Assembly: GCF_003334335.1 (NCBI RefSeq)
Contig: NZ_QOWQ01000058.1
Length of the DNA: 15,907 nucleotides
Direction: 5' to 3' (one strand)
Source of the DNA: Escherichia coli
Lineage (GTDB): Bacteria > Pseudomonadota > Gammaproteobacteria > Enterobacterales > Enterobacteriaceae
Shown: positions 1 to 7,901 of the stretch, piece after piece
Layout: each line of letters opens with the position of its first letter
Numbering within the stretch: position 1 is the first letter of the stretch
Notes under the pieces: model-generated
The model's database searches: none
The model's input: the letters and a program-made list of their open reading frames with translations, nothing else
Told to the model about the DNA's origin: nothing
Made by a program: the position numbers and the translations under genes

Positions 1-119
1 TTACAGAAAAAATACCGCTCACCGCCCTGTACCGTCAGGTCGATTTCCCAGAGCACCACCCGCGGTGACTGCTCTGACTTAACCGACTCGTTCAGACTTT
101 CTTCGTGAATATCCTGCAT
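1..119 (-). CDS. minor tail protein L (lambda gpL-like), N-terminal fragment; gene runs off the left edge
   Basis: The minus-strand ATG at 119..117 overlaps the upstream stop (TGATG). The translation MQDIHEESLNESVKSEQSPRVVLWEIDLTVQGGERYFFC... parallels the lambda gpL N-terminus as I recall it (MQDI...VVLWEIDLT..GGERYFFCN). It sits directly after the gpM-like gene. Confidence 0.85.
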   Translation of the reverse strand, partial: MQDIHEESLNESVKSEQSPRVVLWEIDLTVQGGERYFFC

Positions 120-460
120 CAGTTCACCACCTGCTCAATCGTACAACTGAAATCACTGTACCTGGCGTTATCTGTGACGCTCCACTCCCGGCACACCACC
201 CTCACCGTCCGGTTATGTTTCGGTGGTCGCCACAAAAAGGCACGGTAACCACCATGCCACGATAAAAATTCATCCAGCCAGCGCCGGGTTGGTTCATCCG
301 TCACCCGGAACACCGCCTGAAACGTCTTCAGTCTGGCATTAAGTCCCGTCGGTCGGCGCTGTTCATAACCGTCACCAAACCGAACCCTCACCACCGACGG
401 TTTCTCACTCACCTGCATCCCTTCACGCGGGACCAGATGCAGCGTTTTTATCTCAGCCAC
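119..460 (-). CDS. minor tail protein M (lambda gpM-like)
   Basis: 113-aa ORF with a GTG start at 460 that overlaps the tape-measure stop by 8 nt. The motifs VRFGDGY.QR.P.GLNA.LKT, HGG...FLW.PP and the C-terminal EQVVN match lambda gpM from memory. It lies between the tape measure and gpL, as in lambda. Confidence 0.85.
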   Translation of the reverse strand: MAEIKTLHLVPREGMQVSEKPSVVRVRFGDGYEQRRPTGLNARLKTFQAVFRVTDEPTRRWLDEFLSWHGGYRAFLWRPPKHNRTVRVVCREWSVTDNARYSDFSCTIEQVVN

Positions 461-3400
461 TCAGCATTCCTCCGTCACGTCGCATGGATAACATCACCGC
501 CTGCACCCGCTGGTCAATCAGCTGCACAAGACTGCCTGCCGCCTCCGGCCCTATCTGTCCGTTAGCGCCGTCATTCTGAATGGCGATATGGTAGACCGGG
601 GAATACACCAGACCCGCACTGCCGTTCATACTGCCCACCGCGCGTACACCCAGCGAGCCATCCGCCGCCCGGGTCAGGGGCATTATGGCTTCAGGTCCTG
701 CTTCCCCCATCAGCCCGGCCCCTTTTGCAAAGGCAAAGTACGTGGGCGTATCCACAATACTGTTGCTGTACGCGCTCAGGTTTGCCGAGGTATACACGCC
801 GCCTTTTGCATTGGCCACCGCACCGCCCAGCCAGTCACCAATGCTGCCAATAAATCCTCCTGCACCGGACATACTGTTTGCCGCCGTCTTGATCCCGTTG
901 ACAATCGCGGCATTCATAAGAACTTTTGATATTTCCTGCAGTACGGATGAGGCCCAGTTGCGCCATTCCACTTTGTTTCCGTTCAGCATCTCCGTGATGT
1001 TATTCACCAGTCCTGAAATCCCCTCCGTTGCCAGCTGTGCTGCCTGAGAGGCGTAATCGGATGCATTGTCCACCCAGTTACTGAGCCCCTCCTGCAGCCC
1101 TTTCTGCCAGTCCGCACGCTGCACATCCGATTCGGCATAAAAGGCTGCCTGGTCCTTAAGGCGTTCGCTCAGATACTGCGCGTTCTGTGTCCGTGCCTGT
1201 CTGTAAAAATCCTCACTGATATCCCCGGTCTGATACTGAGACTGAAGGTCCGCATCCTTCTGGCGGAAGCTGTCGCGGATCTGCTGCAACTCCCGCATGC
1301 GTTCCCTGGCTCGTTCTCCCTGCCCGTACCCCAGCAGTTCGGCTTCATTTGATGCACGCGCAGCCACATTATCATTCTTCAGGGTCTCTTCCCGGGATCG
1401 CAACTGTTCCCGGATTTTTTGCTGGTCAATCAGGGCCGCGTTACGCAGCAGTTCCTGCTTCTGCATCTCCGTCAGGGTTTTCAGTTCGCCCTGCGCAGTC
1501 TGGTACTTCAGCTTCGCCAGCTCTGTATTCTGACCCGCCAGTGCCAGTTGCTCTTTCTGCTGCTTCAGTAGCCGGGAAAAACTGTCTTCCGCTTTTTCCG
1601 TCTCTGATTTTCCACCCCGGGATTTAGGTTTGTTCGCCTCGTTATTACGCCAGGCTTCCAGAGCATTACTGATATAACGCTGTCTCGCCTCCTGATACGA
1701 ATCCCCCACAAAACCAAGGTCATCCGCCGCATACCCCAGCCGGGCACGCTCTTTTTCCTCCCCCTTCAGTCGGGACAGGGCCAGCTCACGTTCTGTTTTT
1801 GTCAGGGCGCTCTGCTGTTTATCATCCAGGGTGGCCTGCGGCAGCCGTAACGGTACATTCACCAGTCCCTGACGCTGCTGAAGCAGTTCATTCCCCAGCC
1901 CCAGCAGACGGTTGAATTCCGTATGCTGACCGTTCATAACCAGCATGGACTGGTACACCTTATTCTGCTCTGCCGCCTGCTGACGAATTAACGCCACACG
2001 ACGGTCTTCCAGCCCGGCAAGCACATCCTGAATGGACTGCGCTTTTTCCTGCATCTGTGCCAGACGGGACTGCTCAACGGCAAGCTGCTCTGTTGCCTGA
2101 GAAAGCCCTTCCGTTACGGTCTTCACCGATGTCAGATGGTTTATCATGAATCCGTCACCGGTTGTCCAGCCAGGGTTAGCCAGAACATACTGATATCCAG
2201 CGATTTTTTCCTGCAGGGATTTCACCCGGCTGGCCTGTTCATCAATCAGCCGGTTCTGCTCTGCCAGCGCCGCCCGTGTTCGTCCTTCATTATCTGAGGC
2301 TTCAGGCAAAGACATTGACGGCGTTTTATGCGCGATTTCATCTATCGTCAGTGCATACTGGCGCGCTGACTCCCTGGCCTGCTCCTGATTCTGGTACAGC
2401 GTATACCATGCTGCTGCCCCCAGCATCACCAGTCCGGGTACGCCACCAACCAGTCCCAACGCACCAGTCATCAGACGTGAGCCCACCGCCGTTGTACTGT
2501 TCAGCGCATTCTGGGCTGCGGTTCTGGCAGCAATATTTCTGTTCAGGCGTTCCTGTGTGGCCGCCAGACGGGCTTCTGCAGCAATCTGCATCTCCGTCCC
2601 GCGGGCTGCCGCCACAGCCTGCTGTGCACGGTACACGGCTGCCCTTGCCCGCGCCGTGGCAATCTGCGTCCCCCTGAGCTGTGCTTCCGCCAGTGCCACT
2701 TCATTACGTGCTGCCGTCACAAGTCCTGCCGTGGCAGACACCGCTCCGGAGGCCATATTGCCAAAGTACCGGGCAACCCCGACGGCAACCAGCGCCCCCG
2801 CTGCTGTTGCCACATTATCAATATTACCGGCAACACCGTTCAGCACGCCGGAGAGCGTTTTCGTCGCTCCGCTGGCTTCATTCGCGCCACCCACCCAGGC
2901 CATAAAGGCGTTTTCCACCTTTGTGATCCCGTCAGAGACCGTTTCCGGCATGGCGGCATATTCATCACGCAATACCCCCAGCTGGCTGATTAACGCAGGA
3001 ACGACTTTATCCGCCGTCAGTTTGCCGTCGTCCGCCATCGCCTTAAGGTCTTTACGGGCCACGCCCATACCCGCAGCCAGTGCACGTACGATCCGGTCTC
3101 CGCTTTCATTGACCGAATTAAATTCCTCACCGCGTAACACACCCTGTGCCAGCGCCTGGCTGAACTGGGTGATCACCGAGCCCGCCTCTGCCGTACTGGC
3201 ACCGGAGATTTTCAGCCCCGTGGAAATGGCCTCCGTCACCTTCAGTACATCACCGGCACTGTAGCCATATTCACGCATTGAGGCTGCCGAGCGGGCAAAC
3301 AGGGCCGCATTATCTGAAAATGCCGTGCCCGTCCGCTGGCTGATATCCATCAGCACTTTCTGTGATGACGAAAATTCATCGGATGACTGCGACGCCTGTT

Positions 3401-3695
3401 TCAGTCGGGCATTCACGGAACTCCATTCATCGGCCAGAGAAATCAGGTGTCCGGTGGCAAAGGCACCTGCAAATGCCCCCGCCGTTCCGGCAGCTGAAGC
3501 GCGGATTTCCGTCAACTGGCTGTTCAGCTCAGCCAGGGCGCGTCGCTGCTCCCGGGCGACTGCGGCAGCCTGACGCCCGCCATTCTGCAGGGTCCGGTAA
3601 TATTCACTGCCCATGCGGGAAGCCCGCTGGATCTCCGACTGGAATGACTGCGAATTTGCCGAAATTTTGATAATCAGTTCACGTAACGTCGCCAT
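453..3695 (-). CDS. tail tape measure protein (lambda gpH family)
   Basis: 1080-aa ORF rich in Ala/Gln/Glu/Arg, with long helical stretches and Gly/Ala-rich hydrophobic segments. The C-terminal GEAGPEAIMPL..ADGSLGV motif is typical of lambda-family tape measures. An SD (GGAGAAAGGTGA) precedes the ATG at 3695. It sits after the G/T chaperones and before gpM. Confidence 0.92.
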   Translation of the reverse strand: MATLRELIIKISANSQSFQSEIQRASRMGSEYYRTLQNGGRQAAAVAREQRRALAELNSQLTEIRASAAGTAGAFAGAFATGHLISLADEWSSVNARLKQASQSSDEFSSSQKVLMDISQRTGTAFSDNAALFARSAASMREYGYSAGDVLKVTEAISTGLKISGASTAEAGSVITQFSQALAQGVLRGEEFNSVNESGDRIVRALAAGMGVARKDLKAMADDGKLTADKVVPALISQLGVLRDEYAAMPETVSDGITKVENAFMAWVGGANEASGATKTLSGVLNGVAGNIDNVATAAGALVAVGVARYFGNMASGAVSATAGLVTAARNEVALAEAQLRGTQIATARARAAVYRAQQAVAAARGTEMQIAAEARLAATQERLNRNIAARTAAQNALNSTTAVGSRLMTGALGLVGGVPGLVMLGAAAWYTLYQNQEQARESARQYALTIDEIAHKTPSMSLPEASDNEGRTRAALAEQNRLIDEQASRVKSLQEKIAGYQYVLANPGWTTGDGFMINHLTSVKTVTEGLSQATEQLAVEQSRLAQMQEKAQSIQDVLAGLEDRRVALIRQQAAEQNKVYQSMLVMNGQHTEFNRLLGLGNELLQQRQGLVNVPLRLPQATLDDKQQSALTKTERELALSRLKGEEKERARLGYAADDLGFVGDSYQEARQRYISNALEAWRNNEANKPKSRGGKSETEKAEDSFSRLLKQQKEQLALAGQNTELAKLKYQTAQGELKTLTEMQKQELLRNAALIDQQKIREQLRSREETLKNDNVAARASNEAELLGYGQGERARERMRELQQIRDSFRQKDADLQSQYQTGDISEDFYRQARTQNAQYLSERLKDQAAFYAESDVQRADWQKGLQEGLSNWVDNASDYASQAAQLATEGISGLVNNITEMLNGNKVEWRNWASSVLQEISKVLMNAAIVNGIKTAANSMSGAGGFIGSIGDWLGGAVANAKGGVYTSANLSAYSNSIVDTPTYFAFAKGAGLMGEAGPEAIMPLTRAADGSLGVRAVGSMNGSAGLVYSPVYHIAIQNDGANGQIGPEAAGSLVQLIDQRVQAVMLSMRRDGGMLSG

Positions 3696-3713
3696 TCACC
3701 TTTCTCCGGGCGT

Positions 3714-3734
3714 AAAAAAACCGCCTCAGCGGTT
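3714..3734 (-). terminator. terminator-like hairpin between gpT stop and tape-measure start
   Basis: The minus strand reads AACCGC-TGAG-GCGGTT followed by a T run (7 T including the stem end). It starts 9 nt after the TGA at 3743. The stem is short, so it may be an attenuator or mRNA-stability element rather than a full stop. Confidence 0.4.
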
Positions 3735-3742
3735 CTCATCAT

Positions 3743-4422
3743 TCATGACTGTGCTGCAAAGCTCAGCGCGTCTTCCAGCGCCGCAAACGGATCCACCTCC
3801 GGCTTATCCTCATCCTCGCCCCAGCAGAGCATGGCGTCCTTCAGTGCAACATTCATCCCCTGTGCCCCAAAAACCGCTTTCACGATCTGTGCATTACGGA
3901 TATCCCCGCGCTCATCACCCAGCGGGGATACCCTGTCGAACTCCATCCACATCATCGCCTCGCTCGCACTCAGGCTGTGCTGCAGTTCGGATAAGGTGCG
4001 CCCCAGACGGAGCGCAAGTCGCATCAGAAAGCGAATTTCCGGGCGGGCTACTTTTTTCTGGCCGACTCTGCATCAGCGATCAGTTCCAGTGCCTGACGCA
4101 GCAACCGGGCATGTACCGGACCATAGACGGCCAGCACCTGCTCACGGTCGTCCGGAGTGAACACCCGTTGCAGATCCGTATCACACAGGACATCGCAGAA
4201 CAGCGTCACATCCGCTTCCAGGTTACGGCGGGTTTTCGCCACCACCGACAGGGTATCGTCATCCTCTCCATCACCATTGAGCACTTCCTGCCACAGATAC
4301 CAGGCCTCTGCCGAAGGCTCCCGCAGCACCACGCTGACATTTCTCCATTCCGGCACCTTCACCGTTTTATGACGGAACCCCGACAGTCTGGCCAGCGCCA
4401 GTGTTTTCAGATCTTTTGCCAT
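3743..4422 (-). CDS. tail assembly chaperone G-T fusion made by programmed -1 frameshift (gpGT analogue)
   Basis: A -1 slip at A-AAA-AAG (4057..4051) moves reading into the frame of ORF 3743..4024. That frame is open from the slip site (AAA GTA GCC CGC CCG GAA ATT CGC TTT CTG ATG...), giving ...SARKKVARPEIRFLMRLALRLG.... This is the conserved G/GT arrangement of long-tailed phages. Confidence 0.8.
4048..4422 (-). CDS. tail assembly chaperone (gpG analogue)
   Basis: 124-aa acidic ORF between the major tail protein and the tape measure. It ends ...ADAESARKK* with the slippery A-AAA-AAG immediately before the stop. Confidence 0.85.
   Translation of the reverse strand: MAKDLKTLALARLSGFRHKTVKVPEWRNVSVVLREPSAEAWYLWQEVLNGDGEDDDTLSVVAKTRRNLEADVTLFCDVLCDTDLQRVFTPDDREQVLAVYGPVHARLLRQALELIADAESARKK
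4051..4057 (-). promoter_or_regulatory. -1 ribosomal frameshift slippery heptamer A-AAA-AAG
   Basis: The plus strand reads CTTTTTT at 4051-4057, which is A AAA AAG in the gpG frame. It is followed at once by the gpG stop TAG (4050..4048). Confidence 0.8.
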
Positions 4423-4427
4423 AAGCC

Positions 4428-5144
4428 TTATCCGCCCGCACCATTAACCGTTACTGTACACGCATCAGAGGTAATGCTCTGCGGCTGTTCTGCAGAATCC
4501 GTTACCTCGCAGGTATAAGCCCCCTTATCACCTGACTGCGTATTGGCTTTACTGAAAGTGTCAGTAGTCTGTCCCTCTACCGGCTGACCATCCTTCTTCC
4601 AGGCGTATTTATACGGCGGCGTTCCCCCGTTGGCACTGACTGACATTGTCAGCAGCGCACCGGTATTCACGGCAAGTGTCTTCTCCGGATTTTTCACAAA
4701 CGCCAGCGGTACCACAAAGGACACCGGTTTGCCTTTCAGACGCAGTGAAAACGTTGCTGCCACCACGCCGTTGGTACCGGATGACCAGGTGTGCTGACGC
4801 ACTTCCGCCAGGAACTTAAAGCCCTTACCGGACGGAAACTGCACCTTAAACGCATACACCGTGTCATTGTCATAGGCATCACGCAGGGCGTTCTGGGCCT
4901 GATTCAGATAAAAATTACCCGACATGGAAATCTCGGACGACGCCCCCAGACCGTTGATGTTCTCCTGCTCTGTGGAGCAGAGCGTGGTCACATCAATATC
5001 CTGTTTCTGACCGGCGGTGAACTGGACTTCCTTGATGGTGCAGTCCAGGCGCAGATATTCCGCCTTATCCATAGTTTCAGCAGTCGCCGGGGCAGATGAA
5101 ATCATCACCTGCGTCAGCTGTGAGCGTTCATACAAAGCAGACAT
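4428..5144 (-). CDS. major tail (tube) protein with C-terminal Ig-like domain
   Basis: 238-aa ORF with a strong SD (AGGAGGCAGA-ATG), positioned upstream of the G/GT chaperones. The C-terminal ~90 aa (TLAVNTGALLTMSVSANGGTPPYKYAWKKDGQPVEGQTTDTFSKANTQSGDKGAYTCEVTD...) has the Y.W.KDG...D.G.Y.C.V pattern of Ig (I-set-like) domains known to decorate phage tail tubes. Confidence 0.85.
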   Translation of the reverse strand: MSALYERSQLTQVMISSAPATAETMDKAEYLRLDCTIKEVQFTAGQKQDIDVTTLCSTEQENINGLGASSEISMSGNFYLNQAQNALRDAYDNDTVYAFKVQFPSGKGFKFLAEVRQHTWSSGTNGVVAATFSLRLKGKPVSFVVPLAFVKNPEKTLAVNTGALLTMSVSANGGTPPYKYAWKKDGQPVEGQTTDTFSKANTQSGDKGAYTCEVTDSAEQPQSITSDACTVTVNGAGG

Positions 5145-5160
5145 TCTGCCTCCTGATAAT

Positions 5161-5181
5161 AAAAAACCCGCACGCGGCGGG
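5161..5181 (-). terminator. terminator-like hairpin upstream of the major tail gene
   Basis: The minus strand reads CCCGC-CGCGT-GCGGG followed by TTTTTT, about 30 nt after the stop of the tail-completion gene and just before the SD of the major tail gene. Confidence 0.45.
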
Positions 5182-5210
5182 GTATGGGTTTTGTAGAAAA
5201 AAAGAAAAAG

Positions 5211-5555
5211 TCACACCGTGACCTGAAACTCCAGGGTTGCACGGTAACAGCGGTTTTCCGGAATATAGTCCTGCATTTCACTGACGGATCCCGGGGCCAG
5301 CAGCATTATGGCTTCACGGGCGTCCTGACGTATCTGACGCGCCTGCGTCACAGTCCCGGCATAAACGTCTATCTGCACCGACACTGAGGACTCCGCCTGC
5401 CCGCCCATCACGTCCGCAGACACCGATGAAATCAGGCTGAAAACCACCCACGGAAGCGCCACCGACGGCCTGCCATCCAGCAGGGGGACCACATACGGGT
5501 ACACCTGCCCGCCGGCAAGATGCGCCAGATGAGGATACAAATCCGCCTCCGTCAT
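5211..5555 (-). CDS. tail completion / tail terminator-type protein (DUF3168-like, HK97 gp11 position)
   Basis: 114-aa ORF whose start overlaps the upstream stop by 4 nt (ATGA-type). It is the last of the four small head-tail genes before the major tail gene. The sequence pattern (VYPYVVP...PWVVFSLIS....V.V.VY) resembles DUF3168 proteins by eye. Confidence 0.7.
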   Translation of the reverse strand: MTEADLYPHLAHLAGGQVYPYVVPLLDGRPSVALPWVVFSLISSVSADVMGGQAESSVSVQIDVYAGTVTQARQIRQDAREAIMLLAPGSVSEMQDYIPENRCYRATLEFQVTV

Positions 5556-5998
5556 CGTCTCAGTACCTCATCAATGGCCCGGTTCATCCGCGCAATCGCC
5601 ACCCGGGCTGCCTGTTCACTGCGCACATCAAACGCCGGGCGCACAAACGGGTGCGGTGGCATATTCACGGTCCCCATTTCCACAAACCGCCAGTAGAAAG
5701 CATTGCGCGGGTTATCCGCCTTCATGGTGTTATCGCTGTTACCGGTGTCCGGATTAACACCACGGATATGGACACCGGATTCCATCCCGCCATCGCGGGA
5801 GCGCCGGGAAAGGACCACCACATTGCGGCGCAGTTTTCCCCTGCGTACCGGTGCCCGTGACACCACTTCTTCTTTCAGCACATTCGCACCCGCACGGGTT
5901 GCCTCACGCAGCACCCGGTTATTTTCCGCACCACTCAGAAGCTGCAAATCACGGCTTATTTCTTCAAGTCCCGAAAAATCCAGCAGGGTTTCGATCAT
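5552..5998 (-). CDS. HK97 gp10 family head-tail protein (tail attachment/neck)
   Basis: 148-aa ORF. The N-terminal L..L...........L.EA.RAGANVL.EEV..RAPVR.G.LR pattern is typical of the HK97 gp10 family. It has ATGA overlaps with both neighbours. Confidence 0.75.
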   Translation of the reverse strand: MIETLLDFSGLEEISRDLQLLSGAENNRVLREATRAGANVLKEEVVSRAPVRRGKLRRNVVVLSRRSRDGGMESGVHIRGVNPDTGNSDNTMKADNPRNAFYWRFVEMGTVNMPPHPFVRPAFDVRSEQAARVAIARMNRAIDEVLRR

Positions 5999-6345
5999 TT
6001 TTCCCCTCCCAGCCGACAGAGAATTTCCAGGCGCCCGCCGGTCGCATCCGGCACGGGCACCCCGACAACATTCAGGATACAGTCACGCCAGGGACCACTC
6101 AGCACATGAAGTCGTGACGCTGCCGTGATTTCCCGACCGGACTGACCGCGCACCCAGATGCGGATTTCCGCCTGCGCCATTTCCGCACCGGACTGCATCC
6201 GCTCCCGGCTGCTCCTGCCACGGATATCCGCATGAATTTTCCCGCATGACACCCATTCTTCCGTCATTTCTCCGGCAGCGTTACGGGTTAACACCGGATT
6301 CAGAACACTTATCATCTGTGTCAGACGACCTGCAGATATTGCCAT
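5995..6345 (-). CDS. head-tail adaptor / head closure protein
   Basis: 116-aa ORF in the expected position after the gp6-like connector. Its size and pattern (G.L...I.........D..G.....W......A.I.........) fit the phage head-tail joining protein family. Confidence 0.7.
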   Translation of the reverse strand: MAISAGRLTQMISVLNPVLTRNAAGEMTEEWVSCGKIHADIRGRSSRERMQSGAEMAQAEIRIWVRGQSGREITAASRLHVLSGPWRDCILNVVGVPVPDATGGRLEILCRLGGEK

Positions 6346-6354
6346 TCCCCCTCC

Positions 6355-6681
6355 TCATAACACCGTCGGACAACGCAAATCGTAAATCAGCACGGAAACA
6401 GAAAACGGCAGCTCCCCCTGAAGCAGTTCTTCCCGCTCCGCAAGATCCGGATTCCGGTACAGCATCCCGGTCAGTCGCATGGCAGCCCCCTTCATCCGGG
6501 TTAATGCCTCGCCCGGGATCAGTTCACCGTCCTCACGAATCACTTTATCCCGGCTGCCCTGAATGTAGGCCAGCAGCACGGCGGTAGCCTGACGAACCTT
6601 GTCCATCAGCATGTCATCATCCGCGTCATGGTCGACACGCAGATGTGCCTTGATCTCTTCCAGTGTCAGTAATGCCGTCAT
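6355..6681 (-). CDS. head-tail connector protein (gp6-like, Phage_connect_1 type)
   Basis: 108-aa ORF. The N-terminal LTLEEIKAHLRVDHDADDDML...A....Y is the classic gp6-like DNA-packaging/connector signature. Confidence 0.8.
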   Translation of the reverse strand: MTALLTLEEIKAHLRVDHDADDDMLMDKVRQATAVLLAYIQGSRDKVIREDGELIPGEALTRMKGAAMRLTGMLYRNPDLAEREELLQGELPFSVSVLIYDLRCPTVL

Positions 6682-7901
6682 TTTCCGCCTCCTGCATCCC
6701 GCCCACGTTTTGCAGCCAGGGTCCAGGCTGATGAATGAGCTTCTCCGGGTTTATCGCCGGTCATGCTGTTGCAGTGCCACAACGAGCCGCCCCACGTCAC
6801 TGTATCGCCGGGGTGGTAGATTTCACCGGCTCTGAACACACCGCGGTAGAGCATCACCGGCAGGGAAAATGTTTTTTCCGTACGCTGACCACTGCTCTGC
6901 AGGACCACCACAGAGAACAACCGCTCACCCGTCATGCTGACGTCAATATCCGCCACCCCGTCAACCAGGCATTCCCATCCCCGCATCCCGTGCGTTTTTT
7001 CATACGCCCGCCAGAGTCCGCCCTGGTGTGTGGCATACGTGCCCCGGGGAAAGGATTTTTGATCGTCAATGGCGGGGAGTATTTCCAGTGCCGTGGCATC
7101 ACGCCCGCCCTGCGGAGCCGGCAGGGCACTCACCGCATCCAGAACCGCCTTCTGCAGAACATCCGGATCGTAGTCACGACCGTCGCGCGGAACAGGAATA
7201 TGGCTTACCGCCTCCTTCACCATCTGCTCAAGCATCGGACGCACATCATCGGGAGTGATACTTTTACCGTTCGCCGGTACAGGAATATTTGCGACCGCAT
7301 CATTCACCGCCTTCTGCAATACTTCCGGATCGTAGTCACGACCATCACGCGGAACAGGGATATGACTTACCGCCTCCTTCACCATCTGTTCAAGCATCGG
7401 ACGCACATCATCCGGGGTGAGACTTTTACCGTCCGCTGGCTGCGGAATATTTGCGACCGCATCATTCACCGCCTTCTGCAGAACATCGGGATCATAGTCA
7501 CGACCGTCGCGCGGAACAGGGATATGGCTTACCGCCTCCTTCACCATCTGCTCAAGCATCGGACGCACATCATCGGGGGTAATACTTTTGCCGTCCGCCG
7601 GTACCGGAATATTCGCAACCGCATCATTCACCGCCTGCTTCAGTACTTCCGGATCGTAATCACGACCATCACGCGGTACCGGAATGGCCCCCACAGCGTC
7701 ATCCACCATCGCCTGCAGAACCAGACGCACCTCATCCACCGTCACATGCTTCTGTAATACCGCCGACAGGGAAGTCAGTTTCTCTTCAAACGCTTGTGCC
7801 TGCGAGGCCATCTTCCCCTCAAATGTGCGCTGTAAATCCGCCAGCACTGTGGAGAATTCTTCACCCAGCGCACGGATAATGGACAGTTCACGCTCTGTCA
7901 T
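6678..7901 (-). CDS. tandem-repeat virion-module protein with carbohydrate-binding-like C-terminus (function unknown; candidate head/neck fibre or decoration protein)
   Basis: 407-aa ORF with ATGA overlaps to the portal stop (7898-7901) and the connector start (6678-6681). It has a coiled-coil-like N-terminus, then 3.5 copies of a 54-aa unit. The C-terminal globular part ends IYHPGDTVTWGGSLWHCNSMTGDKPG...W. Confidence 0.85.
   Translation of the reverse strand: MTERELSIIRALGEEFSTVLADLQRTFEGKMASQAQAFEEKLTSLSAVLQKHVTVDEVRLVLQAMVDDAVGAIPVPRDGRDYDPEVLKQAVNDAVANIPVPADGKSITPDDVRPMLEQMVKEAVSHIPVPRDGRDYDPDVLQKAVNDAVANIPQPADGKSLTPDDVRPMLEQMVKEAVSHIPVPRDGRDYDPEVLQKAVNDAVANIPVPANGKSITPDDVRPMLEQMVKEAVSHIPVPRDGRDYDPDVLQKAVLDAVSALPAPQGGRDATALEILPAIDDQKSFPRGTYATHQGGLWRAYEKTHGMRGWECLVDGVADIDVSMTGERLFSVVVLQSSGQRTEKTFSLPVMLYRGVFRAGEIYHPGDTVTWGGSLWHCNSMTGDKPGEAHSSAWTLAAKRGRDAGGGK
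7125..7685 (-). repeat. in-frame 162-bp tandem repeat, ~3.5 copies (54-aa protein unit)
   Basis: The units IPVPRDGRDYDP(E/D)VL..AVNDAVAN plus IP(V/Q)PA(D/N)GKS(I/L)TPDDVRPMLEQMVKEAVSH repeat at aa 73-259. The DNA copies are clearly alignable by eye and differ mainly at synonymous positions. Confidence 0.95.

Noticed and set aside
3613-4518. 301-aa plus-strand ORF spanning the tape-measure start, gpT, gpG and the major-tail end
   Set aside because: It is antisense to four well-supported minus-strand genes and crosses their boundaries. Its Pro/Arg/Ser/His-rich low-complexity composition is typical of shadow ORFs in GC-rich coding DNA, and it has no SD.
7125-7685. Regularly spaced repeats that might suggest a CRISPR array or satellite
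   Set aside because: The copies are contiguous with no unique spacers. The period (162 bp) is a multiple of three, and they lie in-frame inside a long ORF with synonymous divergence. This is a protein-coding tandem repeat.
6735-7757. 340-aa plus-strand ORF with its own striking internal repeats (..RNRNMAYRLLHHLLKHRTHIIG..)
   Set aside because: It is the antisense mirror of the 162-bp repeat in the minus-strand gene. The minus-strand frame has start/stop coupling to its neighbours and a sensible composition. The plus frame is Arg/His-rich and uncoupled.
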